From an uncultured Vicinamibacterales bacterium (GTDB lineage Bacteria; Acidobacteriota; Vicinamibacteria; Vicinamibacterales; UBA8438): 64,000 bases of DNA. Location: positions 5,812,367-5,876,366 of the forward strand of contig OY282382.1 of NCBI GenBank assembly GCA_958295905.1, written 5' to 3'. The position numbers and the translations under genes are program-made. Of this stretch, positions 37,173-46,489 are shown in pieces; position 1 is the stretch's first letter, and every line of letters starts with the position of its first letter. The notes beneath the pieces were generated by a model. That model was not told the origin of the DNA and ran no database searches. It saw only the letters and a program-made list of their open reading frames with translations.

Positions 37173-37565
37173 CGCCGCCCCTCAGTCCGCCCGCGCCACC
37201 AGCCGCCGCTTCCTGGAAACGGGTCGCTTTGGTTAGGGTGTGTTGCCCCGCGTCCGTAGCCAAGCACCCAGCACAGCGGCCGGAGCTACGAACCACCATA
37301 CCCAGTGGCCATCCAACAGCAGCACGACCGCGCCAAGCAGAGACCACGGAAGAGCCACGTACAATAGCTCTTCATCTCAATTGTCTTTCGCTATAGCGTA
37401 TCAGCTTCAGCTTCATTTCCTGGAATCTCAGGGATCTCGTCGCGGATCTCCGCGTGCTGAACGTGCATGAACCCCAGCACGACCAGCGCCGTTCCGATGA
37501 GCCACCGCGTGTTGGTGTCAGGCACCGCCGCCCCTCAGTCCGCCCGCGCCACCAGCCGCCGCGCC
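37075..37565. repeat. ~125-bp direct duplication (37075-37205 and 37435-37565) flanking a ~225-bp AT-richer insert
   Basis: The two copies are near-identical except for a 1-nt indel. Between them lies aatagctcttcatctcaattgtctttcgctatagcg.... Confidence 0.8.
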
Positions 37566-38008
37566 AACGCCGCGGGGGCAATCCCCCCCGCCGCTGCACG
37601 CTCCTTCAACGACTCATACTCCGCATCCGACAGCCGCAGCGCCACTTGCCGCCGCCGCCGGGCCGGAAACGCAACCCACGACCGGGCGGGACGCGGCGGC
37701 CCCGCCGCCAGCCGCAGCCGGGGCGTCAGCGGATACCGGCGCAGCCGTCCCGAACCGCCGCACGGCCGGACCCCCAGCCGCGCCAACTCCAGAACGAAGT
37801 CCCCCGCGCACGCCCCGCCCCCCGTCTCCCACCGGAACAACACCGCCAACTCATCGACCCCGACCTGCCCCGTCCCCGACTCCTCCCAACGCCGGCCCAG
37901 CCAATCCGCAGGCGCTTCAGCCCTGTCCCGGACCGGCGGCGGAATCCAATCCGCAGGCACCGGGACCGGACCGAACCGCTTCGCGAAAAACTGATCAATT
38001 CTCGACAT
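37535..38008 (-). CDS. Hypothetical protein with C-terminal ribbon-helix-helix / MobC-like motif
   Basis: Met 38008 (MSRIDQFF...). The C-terminus VALRLSDAEYESLKERAAAGGIAPAALARRLV resembles MobC/RHH. Confidence 0.5.
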   Translation of the reverse strand: MSRIDQFFAKRFGPVPVPADWIPPPVRDRAEAPADWLGRRWEESGTGQVGVDELAVLFRWETGGGACAGDFVLELARLGVRPCGGSGRLRRYPLTPRLRLAAGPPRPARSWVAFPARRRRQVALRLSDAEYESLKERAAAGGIAPAALARRLVARAD

Positions 38009-38740
38009 CCGCCGGTGCGCCCGGCCCCGGTACCGGTCTCTCGTGTAGATCTTGAAGAAGATGAAAATGATGGCTGTGGGCGCTGTGGGAAACCGCGTTC
38101 TTCGCGGTTTTCCAGGCTCCCTGTGGGCGCGCTCTTGGCGTCCATGGGGAGCGGCGGCGTCCACAGCCCCGGCGCTGGCGATCGGCAGTGCGTTCGGATA
38201 GCGTAGGGAGCGGACTCAGACGTGGGGGGTGAGGGTCCGGTTGTGCCCCCGGACCCTCGTGACCGCCCCGAGCTCCGACAGACCGAGCCGGTCCCTGCTG
38301 TTGTGCCACGGTTCAGGCTCGTTGTCCAGTCGGAGACCGCCCCGCGCGCTCCGACGCCGTGGACCAGCCCCTCCGCCGGAAGACCTGCCGACACTGCCAC
38401 CGACTCTTCGCCGTCTGCGCGGCGTGTTACCGCGGCCAGGCCTACTGCACGCCGCGGTGCCGGGCGGCCGGTCGCCGCCGGGCGGTCCGAGCCGCCAACG
38501 CCCGCCATCAGCGCAGCCCCGAAGGGCGCCTCGACCACCGCGACCGGCAACGCGCCTACCGCGCCCGGCGTCGTGTGACGGATCACACTTCCCCCGCACC
38601 CCGGCCGTCGGACAGACTCCCCGTTCCCGACGCCGCCCCGGTTCCCGCGCCTGCGCCCACGCGCTGTGTGGTCTGCGGCCGGCAGAGCCGGTGGCTGGTC
38701 CCGATGCCGGAGCCCGGCGGCGTTCGGAGGGGGAGGGACG

Positions 38741-40244
38741 ATGATCACGCCCGCGCAGCGCGCCGAGATCCGGCGCCTCTATTACGGCGAGCACTGGAAG
38801 CTCGGCACCATCGCGGCCCAACTCGGCCTCCACCGTGAGACCGTCCGCGCCGCCGTCGAGCGCGGGGCGGGAAGCGTCCGCCGGGGCGTGTGCCGGCCCA
38901 GCGCCCTCGACCCGTATCTGCCGTTCATCCGCGACACCCTGGCCCAGTACCCCACCCTGCGCGCCACCCGCATCCACGAGATGGTCCGGCAGCGCGGCTA
39001 TCCCGGCTCGGTCATCCAGGTCCGACGCCTCGTCCGACGCCTGCGCCCCGAGTCCACCCGCACCGTCTACCGCCGCGTCGTCACCCTGCCCGGCGAGTCC
39101 GCACAGGTCGACTGGGGCTCCTTCGGCAAGGTCCGCATCGGACGCGGCACCCGCGCCGTCTCCGGATTCGTCATGGTCCTCGGCCACTCCCGCGCCGTCG
39201 CCGCCCTCTTCACCCTCGACCAGACCCTCGAGAGCTTCCTCCGCGGACACGTCGAGGCCTTCCAGGCCCTCGGCGGCGTCGCCCGCACCCTCGTCTACGA
39301 CAACCTCCGAACCGCCGTCCTCGACCGCCGCGGCGCCGCCGTCCAGTTCCACCCCCGACTGCTCGAACTCGCCGGCCACTACCACTTCGCCCCCCCGCCC
39401 CTGCACGCCGGGACGCGGCAACGAGAAAGGAAAGGTCGAACGACAGATCCAATACCTGCGGCATGCCTTCTTCGCCGCCAGGCCCTTCCGAGACCTCGAC
39501 GACCTCAACAACCAGTTCCGGCGCTGGCGCGACGAGGTCGCCCACCAACGGCGCCACCCCGAGATGCCGGACCGCACCGTCGCCGACGCCTGGGCCGAAG
39601 AGAAGCCCAGACTCCTCCCGCTCCCCGCCCATCCCTTCGAGACCGAACTCGTCCGCGCCGTCCGCTCCGGAAAGACCCCCTATGTCCGCTTCGACCGCAA
39701 TCTCTACTCCATCCCCCACACCCACGTCCGAAAGCCCCTGACGCTGCTCGCCAGCGACACCCGCGTCCGCATCCTCGATCAACAGACCGAGCTCGCCCGC
39801 CACCGCCGCAGCTACGACACCGCACAGACCGTCGAGGACCCCGACCATCTCGAAGGGCTCCTCGCCGCCACCCGCCAGACCAACACCCACACCACCCGCG
39901 ACCGCCTCCGCGCCGCCGTCCCCGCCACCGCCGCCTTCTTCGAGCGACTCGCCGAGCGCGGAGAAGCGCTCAGACCCCACGCCACCCGGCTGCTCGCTCT
40001 GCTCGACGATTACGGGCCGCAGGAACTCGCCGCCGCCGTCAAAGACGCCCTCCAACGTGACGCCCCCGGCGCCGGCTCCATCGCCCACATCCTCGAAACG
40101 CGACGGCGACGGCGCGGACTCAAACCACCGCTCCGCCTCGCTCTGCCCGACCGACCCGGACTGCGGGACCTCGACGTCCGGCCACATGACCTGGAGACCT
40201 ACGATGCCCTCGGCCGACACAACCCCGACGACGCCGGCGACTGA
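38741..40244 (+). pseudogene. istA: IS21-family transposase IstA with +1 frameshift in a C7 run
   Basis: HTH N-terminus AQRAEIRRLYYGEHWKLGTIAAQLG and the DDE region QVDWG...VYDNL. The frame changes at ~39389-39397 (gcccccccgcc). Downstream, GNEKGKVERQIQYLR continues in the frame of ORF 38835-40244. Confidence 0.85.
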
Positions 40245-40719
40245 ACTCCGCCGACTCGGACTCAACCGCACCGCCGACGACCTCAACGACATCATCGCCA
40301 TGGCAACCCGCAAGCGCTGGAGCCCGACCGCCCTGCTCGAACACATCGCCGCCGCCGAACTCGAAGACCGACAGCGGCGCAGCGTCGAGCGCCGACTCAC
40401 CTGCGCCCGACTCGGACGCTTCAAGCCCCTCGCCGACTGGGACTGGAACTGGCCGACCACCCTCGACCGACCCGCCCTCGAACGCATCCTCTCCCTCGAC
40501 TTCCTCTCCCGCGGCGAGAACGTCATCCTCGTCGGCGCCCAGGGCCTCGGCAAGACCATGCTCGCCAAGAACATCGCCCACCAAGCCATCCTCGCCGGCC
40601 ATTCCGCCCTCTTCACCACCGCCGCCGACCTCCTCCTCGACCTCAGCGGACAGGAGACTGCCCGGGTCCTCGAACGCCGCCTCAAGCACTACACCCGGCC
40701 CTCGCTGCTCGCGGTCGAC
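40204..40719 (+). pseudogene. istB: IstB ATPase, 5' part (interrupted)
   Basis: Walker A VGAQGLGKTMLA. It ends ...PSLLAVD at GTCGAC, where the RIT element begins. The stop TAA is supplied by the element. Confidence 0.85.
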
Positions 40720-40855
40720 TAATGTTGAGCGATCGGTAATGTGGAGTAGCTGGCTCTTGCTCGGGCCGGGCCGAAGGTATTCCGTCCAAGACTCCACATT
40801 ACGTACGTAGCATCGGGACTGTGCCAATCCCGGCACCGCCTCCCGGGAGGTCCCG

Positions 40856-42310
40856 ATGGTGCTTGAGCTGTACCCCAGGGTGCACCGGCGGTACACGTCG
40901 TTGGCGATCCTCGGTCCGGTCTTGGACGGATACGGCACGTGGCTCTTGGAGCAGGGCTACTCGACCGAACGCGTCCGCGAGCATTTCTGTGCGGCGCGAC
41001 GCCTCGCCGACCGTCTACAGCAACGCGGCGTGGAGGCCCTGACGAGCCTGACGCGGACACGGTTGCGGGCCTGTGCTCCCGCGGATTCGCAGGAGGACCC
41101 CAATCTCGCGGTCCTGGTGCGGCAGCTGGAGCGGTATTGCGAGTCCGAGCTGGCGTTGTATCCTGCGCCCGCGTTGACCCGCGTCGAGCAGCGAGTCGCT
41201 GCCTACAGGACGTATCTCCAGCAGGTCCGAGGGTTCGCGCCTTCGACCCTGGCGCACCACGGCCGCACGGCGGGCGAGTTTCTGGCCCACATCGGCTACG
41301 AGACCCACCCGACGCGGCTCGCCACGCTCGAACGCCGGGATCTCGACGCCTTCCTGCGTGCCGTCGGCCCCCGTCAGTCGCGTGCATCCCTCCAGCATGT
41401 GGTGGGCCACCTCCGAGCCTTTCTCCGCTTCCTGGCGTCTGCCGGAGAGGTCCCGACCGGGCTCGACACGCAGATCGACACGCCGCGGGTGTATCGCGGC
41501 GAGCAGCTCCCACGGGCGCTGCCCTGGGACACGGTTCGGGCGCTGCTCCAGACGATCGACCGCACGACCCCGCTCGGTCGCCGCGACTACGCGCTCTTTC
41601 TCCTCATGGCCACCTACCAGCCCGTGGCAAAACTCCGCGGCGCGCCGGAACTGGCCGGCAATGGCGCGGAAACGGCTCGGATCGGCCAGATTTCGGCGAT
41701 TTCGACCGCTGTACGACACGTTCTTGGGCCGAGTACGGTCCCAGCCGGATGCAGCGCAACTTCTGCCACGGACTGCTACGGCCTGCGCGCGTGCGAGGTC
41801 GTGACGCTCACGCTCGACGACGTAAAGTGGCGGGCAGGGCGGCTGCGCATTCCGCAACGCAAGACACGCGGTTCGCTCTGGCTGCCGCTCACCGACGAGG
41901 TCGGGACCGCCCTGCTCGACTACCTGCGTCACGGACGCGCCGCCCTGAACGTGCGCCGGCAGCGGGTCCCGTTCCAGGGCCCGCCGCCGCGCAGCTATCG
42001 GGAGCTGTTTCTCCGCTGCCGCACGCCGAGGGGCGTCCTCAAACCGACGGCGGTCACCGAGGCCTTCCAGGCTTGGTCGAAGCGAAGCGGCCTGCCCATT
42101 CCGTTCCAGGGACCCCATTGCGTGCGGCACTCCTTTGCGGTGCACCTCTTGCGGTCCGGCCTGTCGCTCAAGACGATCGGGGATCTTCTGGGCCATCGCA
42201 CTCTGGAGAGCACATGCGTGTATCTGCGCTTGGCGGTTGACGACCTCCGCGACGTCGCGTTGCCTCTGCCGGCCACGGCTGGCGGCAGTGCGCCGGGGGT
42301 GGCGTCATGA
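40856..42310 (+). CDS. Tyrosine recombinase 1 of the trio, carrying an in-frame 162-bp MITE insertion
   Basis: 484-aa ORF. LLMATY | 54 inserted aa | GLRACEVVTLTLDDV. C-terminal HCVRHSFAVHLL...LGHRTLESTCVYL. Confidence 0.8.
   Translation: MVLELYPRVHRRYTSLAILGPVLDGYGTWLLEQGYSTERVREHFCAARRLADRLQQRGVEALTSLTRTRLRACAPADSQEDPNLAVLVRQLERYCESELALYPAPALTRVEQRVAAYRTYLQQVRGFAPSTLAHHGRTAGEFLAHIGYETHPTRLATLERRDLDAFLRAVGPRQSRASLQHVVGHLRAFLRFLASAGEVPTGLDTQIDTPRVYRGEQLPRALPWDTVRALLQTIDRTTPLGRRDYALFLLMATYQPVAKLRGAPELAGNGAETARIGQISAISTAVRHVLGPSTVPAGCSATSATDCYGLRACEVVTLTLDDVKWRAGRLRIPQRKTRGSLWLPLTDEVGTALLDYLRHGRAALNVRRQRVPFQGPPPRSYRELFLRCRTPRGVLKPTAVTEAFQAWSKRSGLPIPFQGPHCVRHSFAVHLLRSGLSLKTIGDLLGHRTLESTCVYLRLAVDDLRDVALPLPATAGGSAPGVAS
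41618..41775 (+). mobile_element. MITE-like element, family A (158 bp)
   Basis: Inverted termini CAGCCCGTGGCA and CAGTCCGTGGCA. The 4-bp duplication CTAC is at 41614-41617 and 41776-41779. It is near-identical to 55336-55493. Confidence 0.85.
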
Positions 42311-43293
42311 CGGCGTTCCACTCCGTCCTGTCCGCCGCCATCGGGAGCTACCTGACGCTCAAGCGAGCACTGGGCCGGCAGTACGCCGCGGAAGAATGGG
42401 TGCTGGCGCACCTGGATCGGTTCCTCGCCGCCCGACGCGTCGACCTCGTCGCCGAGACGTTCGCGGCTTGGTGTCTCACCCTGCAGCATCTGGCCACGGG
42501 CACGCGTCGGGACCGCATGCGGATCGTGCGGAACCTGTGTCTGTATCGACGACGCAGCGAGCCCGGCTGCTTCATCCCGGACGAGCGGCTGTTTCCGCCG
42601 GTGCACCAAGCCATCCGGCCCCATCTATTCACCGACAGCCAGATGGTGCAGTTGCTGGCCACCGCCCGCACGTCGGCCCGCACCTCGAATTCGCCACTGT
42701 GTCCCGAGAACATGCGCCTCGCGATCGTGCTGCTGTCCACCACCGGGCTGCGACGCGGGGAGCTGACGCGGCTGACTGTGGGAGACTATGACCCGCCGCA
42801 GCGCACCCTGGCGATCCGGGAATCCAAGTTCCACAAGTCGCGCCTCCTCCCGGTGTCGGCGGATACCGCCCGCGAGGTCGAGCACCTGATCGAGATTCGC
42901 GGCCTCCGGCGACTGCCCACCGGGACGGACAGTCCGCTCCTCTGGCATCGCCGTCCGCACACTGGCGGCGGCTACAGCGGCGGCGGCTTCGGCGGCGTCA
43001 TGCGGGCACTCTTCCGGCGGGCCGGTGTTCGGACCGCGACCGGTCAGCTCCCACGCACACATGATTTCCGGCACGGATTCGCCGTCAACGCACTCCTCCG
43101 GTGGTACCGCGCCGGACTGGACGTACAGGCGAAGCTGCCCTTCCTGGCCGTCTACATGGGGCACGTCTCGATCGTGTCGACCGCGTACTACCTCCAGTTC
43201 GTCGAACCTCTCGCCAGCGCCGCGAGTGCGCGGTTCGCCGACCGCTGCGGCGCTCTCGTCACGGGTCCCCTCGGCGCGGGAGGTGCGCGATGA
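42307..43293 (+). CDS. Tyrosine recombinase 2 of the trio
   Basis: ATGA overlap with the upstream gene. GLRRGELTRLTVGD and HDFRHGFAVNAL...MGHVSIVSTAYYL. Confidence 0.85.
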   Translation: MTAFHSVLSAAIGSYLTLKRALGRQYAAEEWVLAHLDRFLAARRVDLVAETFAAWCLTLQHLATGTRRDRMRIVRNLCLYRRRSEPGCFIPDERLFPPVHQAIRPHLFTDSQMVQLLATARTSARTSNSPLCPENMRLAIVLLSTTGLRRGELTRLTVGDYDPPQRTLAIRESKFHKSRLLPVSADTAREVEHLIEIRGLRRLPTGTDSPLLWHRRPHTGGGYSGGGFGGVMRALFRRAGVRTATGQLPRTHDFRHGFAVNALLRWYRAGLDVQAKLPFLAVYMGHVSIVSTAYYLQFVEPLASAASARFADRCGALVTGPLGAGGAR

Positions 43294-44309
43294 CCGCCGC
43301 CGGCCCGAACGACCTGGCGCGGGCCCTCCGAGCATTCTTCGCCGATCACCTGCCCCGGGTGCGCGGAACGAGTCCCCATACCGTCCGGAGCTATCGGGAC
43401 AGCCTGGTGCTGCTGCTGCGCTTCGTCGCAACCCGGTCGCAGCGGTCCGTCCTCGAACTGGACCTGGACGACCTCGGACCCCAGCCGATCCTCGCGTTTC
43501 TTCAGTACCTGGAGTGCGACCGGCACAACAGCGTCGCCACCCGCAACGTCCGCCTCGCCGCGGTCCACGCGTTCTTCCGATACTGCGCCATGGAGTACCC
43601 CGCACGGCTCGAACACTGTCAACGTGTTCTCGCCGTCCCGTTCAAACGGACCGGCAGCCGCCCGGTGGAGTACCTCGAGCACGAGGAGATCGACGCCATC
43701 CTGGGCGCCGTCGATCGCCGCACCGTCGACGGTCGGCGCGACTATGCGCTCCTCGCCACGATGTTCAACACCGGCGCCCGGGTCCAGGAAATCGTCGTGC
43801 TGAGCGTCGCCGACCTGCGGCTGGACGCACCTGCACAGGTCCGCCTCCACGGCAAGGGGCGGAAGGAACGCGTCTGCCCGCTGTGGTCCCAGACCGCCGA
43901 CCTGTTGCGTTCCCTGCTGGCCGAACGCGATCGCGAACTGCAATCCGACGAGCCGGTCTTCCGCAATCACCGCGGGATGCGCCTAACCCGATTCGGCGTC
44001 CGCTATCTGCTGCAGAAGTACTGCACCCGTGCGCAGGCCACCGTGCCGGCCCTGCGCGCCAAGCGCCTCCATCCCCACAGCATGCGGCACAGCACGGCGG
44101 TCCACCTGCTCCGCGCCGGCGTCGACATCGTCACAATCAGCCAGTGGCTCGGCCACGCCAGCGTCACGACCACGCACCGGTACGCGACCGTTGATCTCGA
44201 CATGAAGCGTCAGGCACTCGCGAAGGCCCGCCCCACCGCCAGCACGACCGCGGGGCCGGCCCTGTGGCGCACCGACGCGTCCGTGCTGGAATGGCTTGAA
44301 GCACTCTGA
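43290..44309 (+). CDS. Tyrosine recombinase 3 of the trio
   Basis: ATGA overlap with the upstream gene. SPHTVRSYRDSL, GARVQEIVVLSV and HSMRHSTAVHLL...LGHASVTTTHRY. Confidence 0.85.
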   Translation: MTAAGPNDLARALRAFFADHLPRVRGTSPHTVRSYRDSLVLLLRFVATRSQRSVLELDLDDLGPQPILAFLQYLECDRHNSVATRNVRLAAVHAFFRYCAMEYPARLEHCQRVLAVPFKRTGSRPVEYLEHEEIDAILGAVDRRTVDGRRDYALLATMFNTGARVQEIVVLSVADLRLDAPAQVRLHGKGRKERVCPLWSQTADLLRSLLAERDRELQSDEPVFRNHRGMRLTRFGVRYLLQKYCTRAQATVPALRAKRLHPHSMRHSTAVHLLRAGVDIVTISQWLGHASVTTTHRYATVDLDMKRQALAKARPTASTTAGPALWRTDASVLEWLEAL

Positions 44310-44413
44310 GGACGCGATCGGTAATGTGGAGTCCGGCGACCTTCGCGCCCTGGGAACGAGCGCCGCTCTCCGCCGCGACTCCACATTACTGATCACTCAA
44401 CATTAGTCGACTA

Positions 44414-45721
44414 AGGAATCCCGCCAAAATAATTTGTTCTTTTTGGCGGCCAGTCTGCTATGCTCCGGTGTCATGAACGCCGTGACACAAGCGGTGCAAG
44501 GAAAGTACAACGTGTTGGCGCCGCTGTTGGACGAGCGCACTCGACGCTTGTGGGCGGCGGCGGAAGCCCGCGCCATGGGACGCGGGGGAATCACACGGGT
44601 CGCAGAGGCGACCGGGATGTCGCGCGGCACGGTCCGGGCAGGCGTGAGGGAACTGGATTCGGCCACGCCGCCGGCGCCGCAGGCGGGCGTTGCGCGGGTG
44701 CGCGCCCCGGGCGGGGGTCGCAAGGCGCTGGCGGATCGCGATCCGGGTCTCGTGAAGGCGTTGGAGTATCTGCTCGACCCGTTCACCCGGGGCGACCCCC
44801 AGGGGCCGCTGCGCTGGACATGCAGCAGCGCGGCGCGCTTGGCGGAGCAATTGGGGGCTGAAGGACATCGGGTCAGCGAGCGCACGGTGAACCGGCTGCT
44901 GCACGAGTTGGGCTATAGCCTGCAGGCCAACCGCAAGACGCTCGAAGGCCGGCAACATCCGGACCGGGACGCGCAATTCCGGCGCATCGCGCGGCGCGTG
45001 CGGGCGTTTCAACGCCTGGGCCAGCCGGTGGCTTCGATCGACACGAAGAAGAAGGAGTTGGTCGGCCGATACCGCAACGGCGGCCGGGAATGGCGCCCGA
45101 AGGGTCAGCCGGCGGAGGTGAAGGTCCATGACTTCATCGATCGGGAGCTCGGCAAGGCGATCCCCTACGGGGTCTACGACCTGACGTCCAACACGGGCTG
45201 GGTAAGCGTCGGCGTTGACCACGACACGTCGGAGTTCGCGGTGGAGACGGTTCGGCGCTGGTGGCTGCAAATGGGGCGTCACGCCTATCCGGCGGCCACG
45301 CGGTTGCTGCTCACGGCCGACGGCGGCGGTTCCAACAGCAGCCGCAGTCGGCTCTGGAAGTTCGAGTTGCAGAAGCTGGCCGACGCGCTCGGGTTGCGGA
45401 TTTCGGTGTGCCACTTCCCGCCGGGCACGAGCAAGTGGAACAAGATCGAGCACCGGATGTTCTGTCACATTACGGAGAATTGGCGGGGCCGTCCGCTGGT
45501 GAGTCACGAGGTGGTGGTGAACCTGATCGGCGGCACGACTACGCAAGGCGGCTTGGCCATCCGGTCGGCGCTGGACGAAGCCAACTATCCAACCGGTCGT
45601 GAAGTCACCGACGAACAGATGGGGAGGCTGTCCATCAAACGGGACGCATTTCATGGCGAGTGGAACTACAGCTTGCTACCTCGAACTGACGTTAACGGTT
45701 GATTTATTTTGGCGAGATTCC
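44414..45721 (+). mobile_element. ISAzo13-like insertion sequence
   Basis: Inverted termini GGAATCCCGCCAAAATAA and GGAATCTCGCCAAAATAA, flanked by TA on both sides. Confidence 0.75.
44473..45702 (+). CDS. ISAzo13-family (Rhodopirellula-type DDE) transposase
   Basis: GGGRK...DP..PLRWTC.S...LA..L...G..VS..TV..LL..LGYSLQ.N.K, DTKKKELVG and FPPGTSKWNKIEHRMF. An alternative start is at 44434. Confidence 0.85.
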   Translation: MNAVTQAVQGKYNVLAPLLDERTRRLWAAAEARAMGRGGITRVAEATGMSRGTVRAGVRELDSATPPAPQAGVARVRAPGGGRKALADRDPGLVKALEYLLDPFTRGDPQGPLRWTCSSAARLAEQLGAEGHRVSERTVNRLLHELGYSLQANRKTLEGRQHPDRDAQFRRIARRVRAFQRLGQPVASIDTKKKELVGRYRNGGREWRPKGQPAEVKVHDFIDRELGKAIPYGVYDLTSNTGWVSVGVDHDTSEFAVETVRRWWLQMGRHAYPAATRLLLTADGGGSNSSRSRLWKFELQKLADALGLRISVCHFPPGTSKWNKIEHRMFCHITENWRGRPLVSHEVVVNLIGGTTTQGGLAIRSALDEANYPTGREVTDEQMGRLSIKRDAFHGEWNYSLLPRTDVNG

Positions 45722-45741
45722 TAATGTTGAGCTCAACATTA

Positions 45742-46047
45742 GTCGACGAGGTCGGCTACCTCGCCTACGATGCACGCGCCGCCGACCTCATCTTCCAGCT
45801 CGTCAGCCGCCGCTACGAACGCCGGTCCCTGCTGATTACCACCAACCTGCCCTTCAAGCACTGGGACACCGTCTTCCCCAACGCCTCCTGCGCCGTCGCC
45901 CTGATCGACCGCCTGACCCACCACGCGGAGATCCTCGTCATCGAGGGCCAGAGCTATCGCCGCCGCGAGGCCGAGCTCACCCGGCAGCAGCGCAGCCGCA
46001 AACGCCCGTCCCGCAAACGAGCAGCCGACAACGGCGGTCAGCAGTGA
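45742..46047 (+). pseudogene. istB: IstB ATPase, 3' part
   Basis: GTCGAC GAG... = [35 protein letters not shown], which continues ...LLAVD from 40719. Confidence 0.85.
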
Positions 46048-46084
46048 GCACAGTCGATGGCGGTGCAGAAATGATCACTTTCAG

Positions 46085-46489
46085 GCGCTCGACAACAGGC
46101 TGACGGACTACGAGTCCGTCGCGTCCCGCGAACCGGCGGCCCGCTCCGTCTTCGACGTCTATACCGGCGAGAACACGGTGGCCTACCTCAAGTCGCCGTG
46201 CAGCGCGGCGGATGTGCAAGCGGAGTTCTTCCTGCATGTCGTCCCGGAAGACTTGGAGGACCTGCCGGCCGGCCGCCGGCAGTACGGCTTCGGCGGTGCG
46301 AACTTCCGCTACGGGGAATACGCCGCCCCGGCCTCTGGCGGCCGGTGCATTATGGAGCATCCGCTCCCCGACTATCCCATCGCCCGCCGGACCGGGCAGT
46401 TCACCCCCGAAGGCGACCAGATCTGGATGGCCGAGTTCCCCGTCGGCGCGGTGGAAGGCGAACCGTCGCCGTCCACTGCTGTCCGATAG
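46085..46489 (+). pseudogene. 3' fragment of a conserved hypothetical gene (paralogous fragment at 55215-55335, minus strand)
   Basis: FDVYTGENTVAYLKSPCS..DVQAEFFLHVVPEDLEDLP...LPDYPIARRTGQFTPEGDQIWMAEFPV. The same LPDYPIVRIKTGQYTPDDGEI..EFPV motif is seen next to the MITE at 55336. Confidence 0.35.

Larger units (their letters stand above)
40720..44405 (+). mobile_element. Recombinase-in-trio (RIT) element
   Basis: Three overlapping tyrosine recombinase genes. Complex ~85-bp terminal inverted repeats start TAATGTTGAG(C/T)GATC(G/A)GTAATGTGGAGT, each end holding an inverted pair of GTAATGTGGAGT sub-repeats. Flanked by GTCGAC on both sides. Confidence 0.85.
38299..46097 (+). mobile_element. 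IS21-like element carrying nested insertions (ends tentative)
   Basis: Contains istA and split istB. The candidate ends TGTTGTGCCACGG... (38299) and ...CGCTCGACAACA (46097) are only weakly complementary, and no target duplication was seen. Confidence 0.4.

Noticed and set aside
38359-38745. Cys-rich ORF (CRHC...CAAC...C..RC ... CVVCG) upstream of istA as a zinc-ribbon gene
   Set aside because: It has plausible CxxC pairs, but the ORF runs into istA with no clear stop. It lies in a region where the IS21 left end is uncertain and has Arg/Pro-rich low-complexity composition. Not confident it is real.
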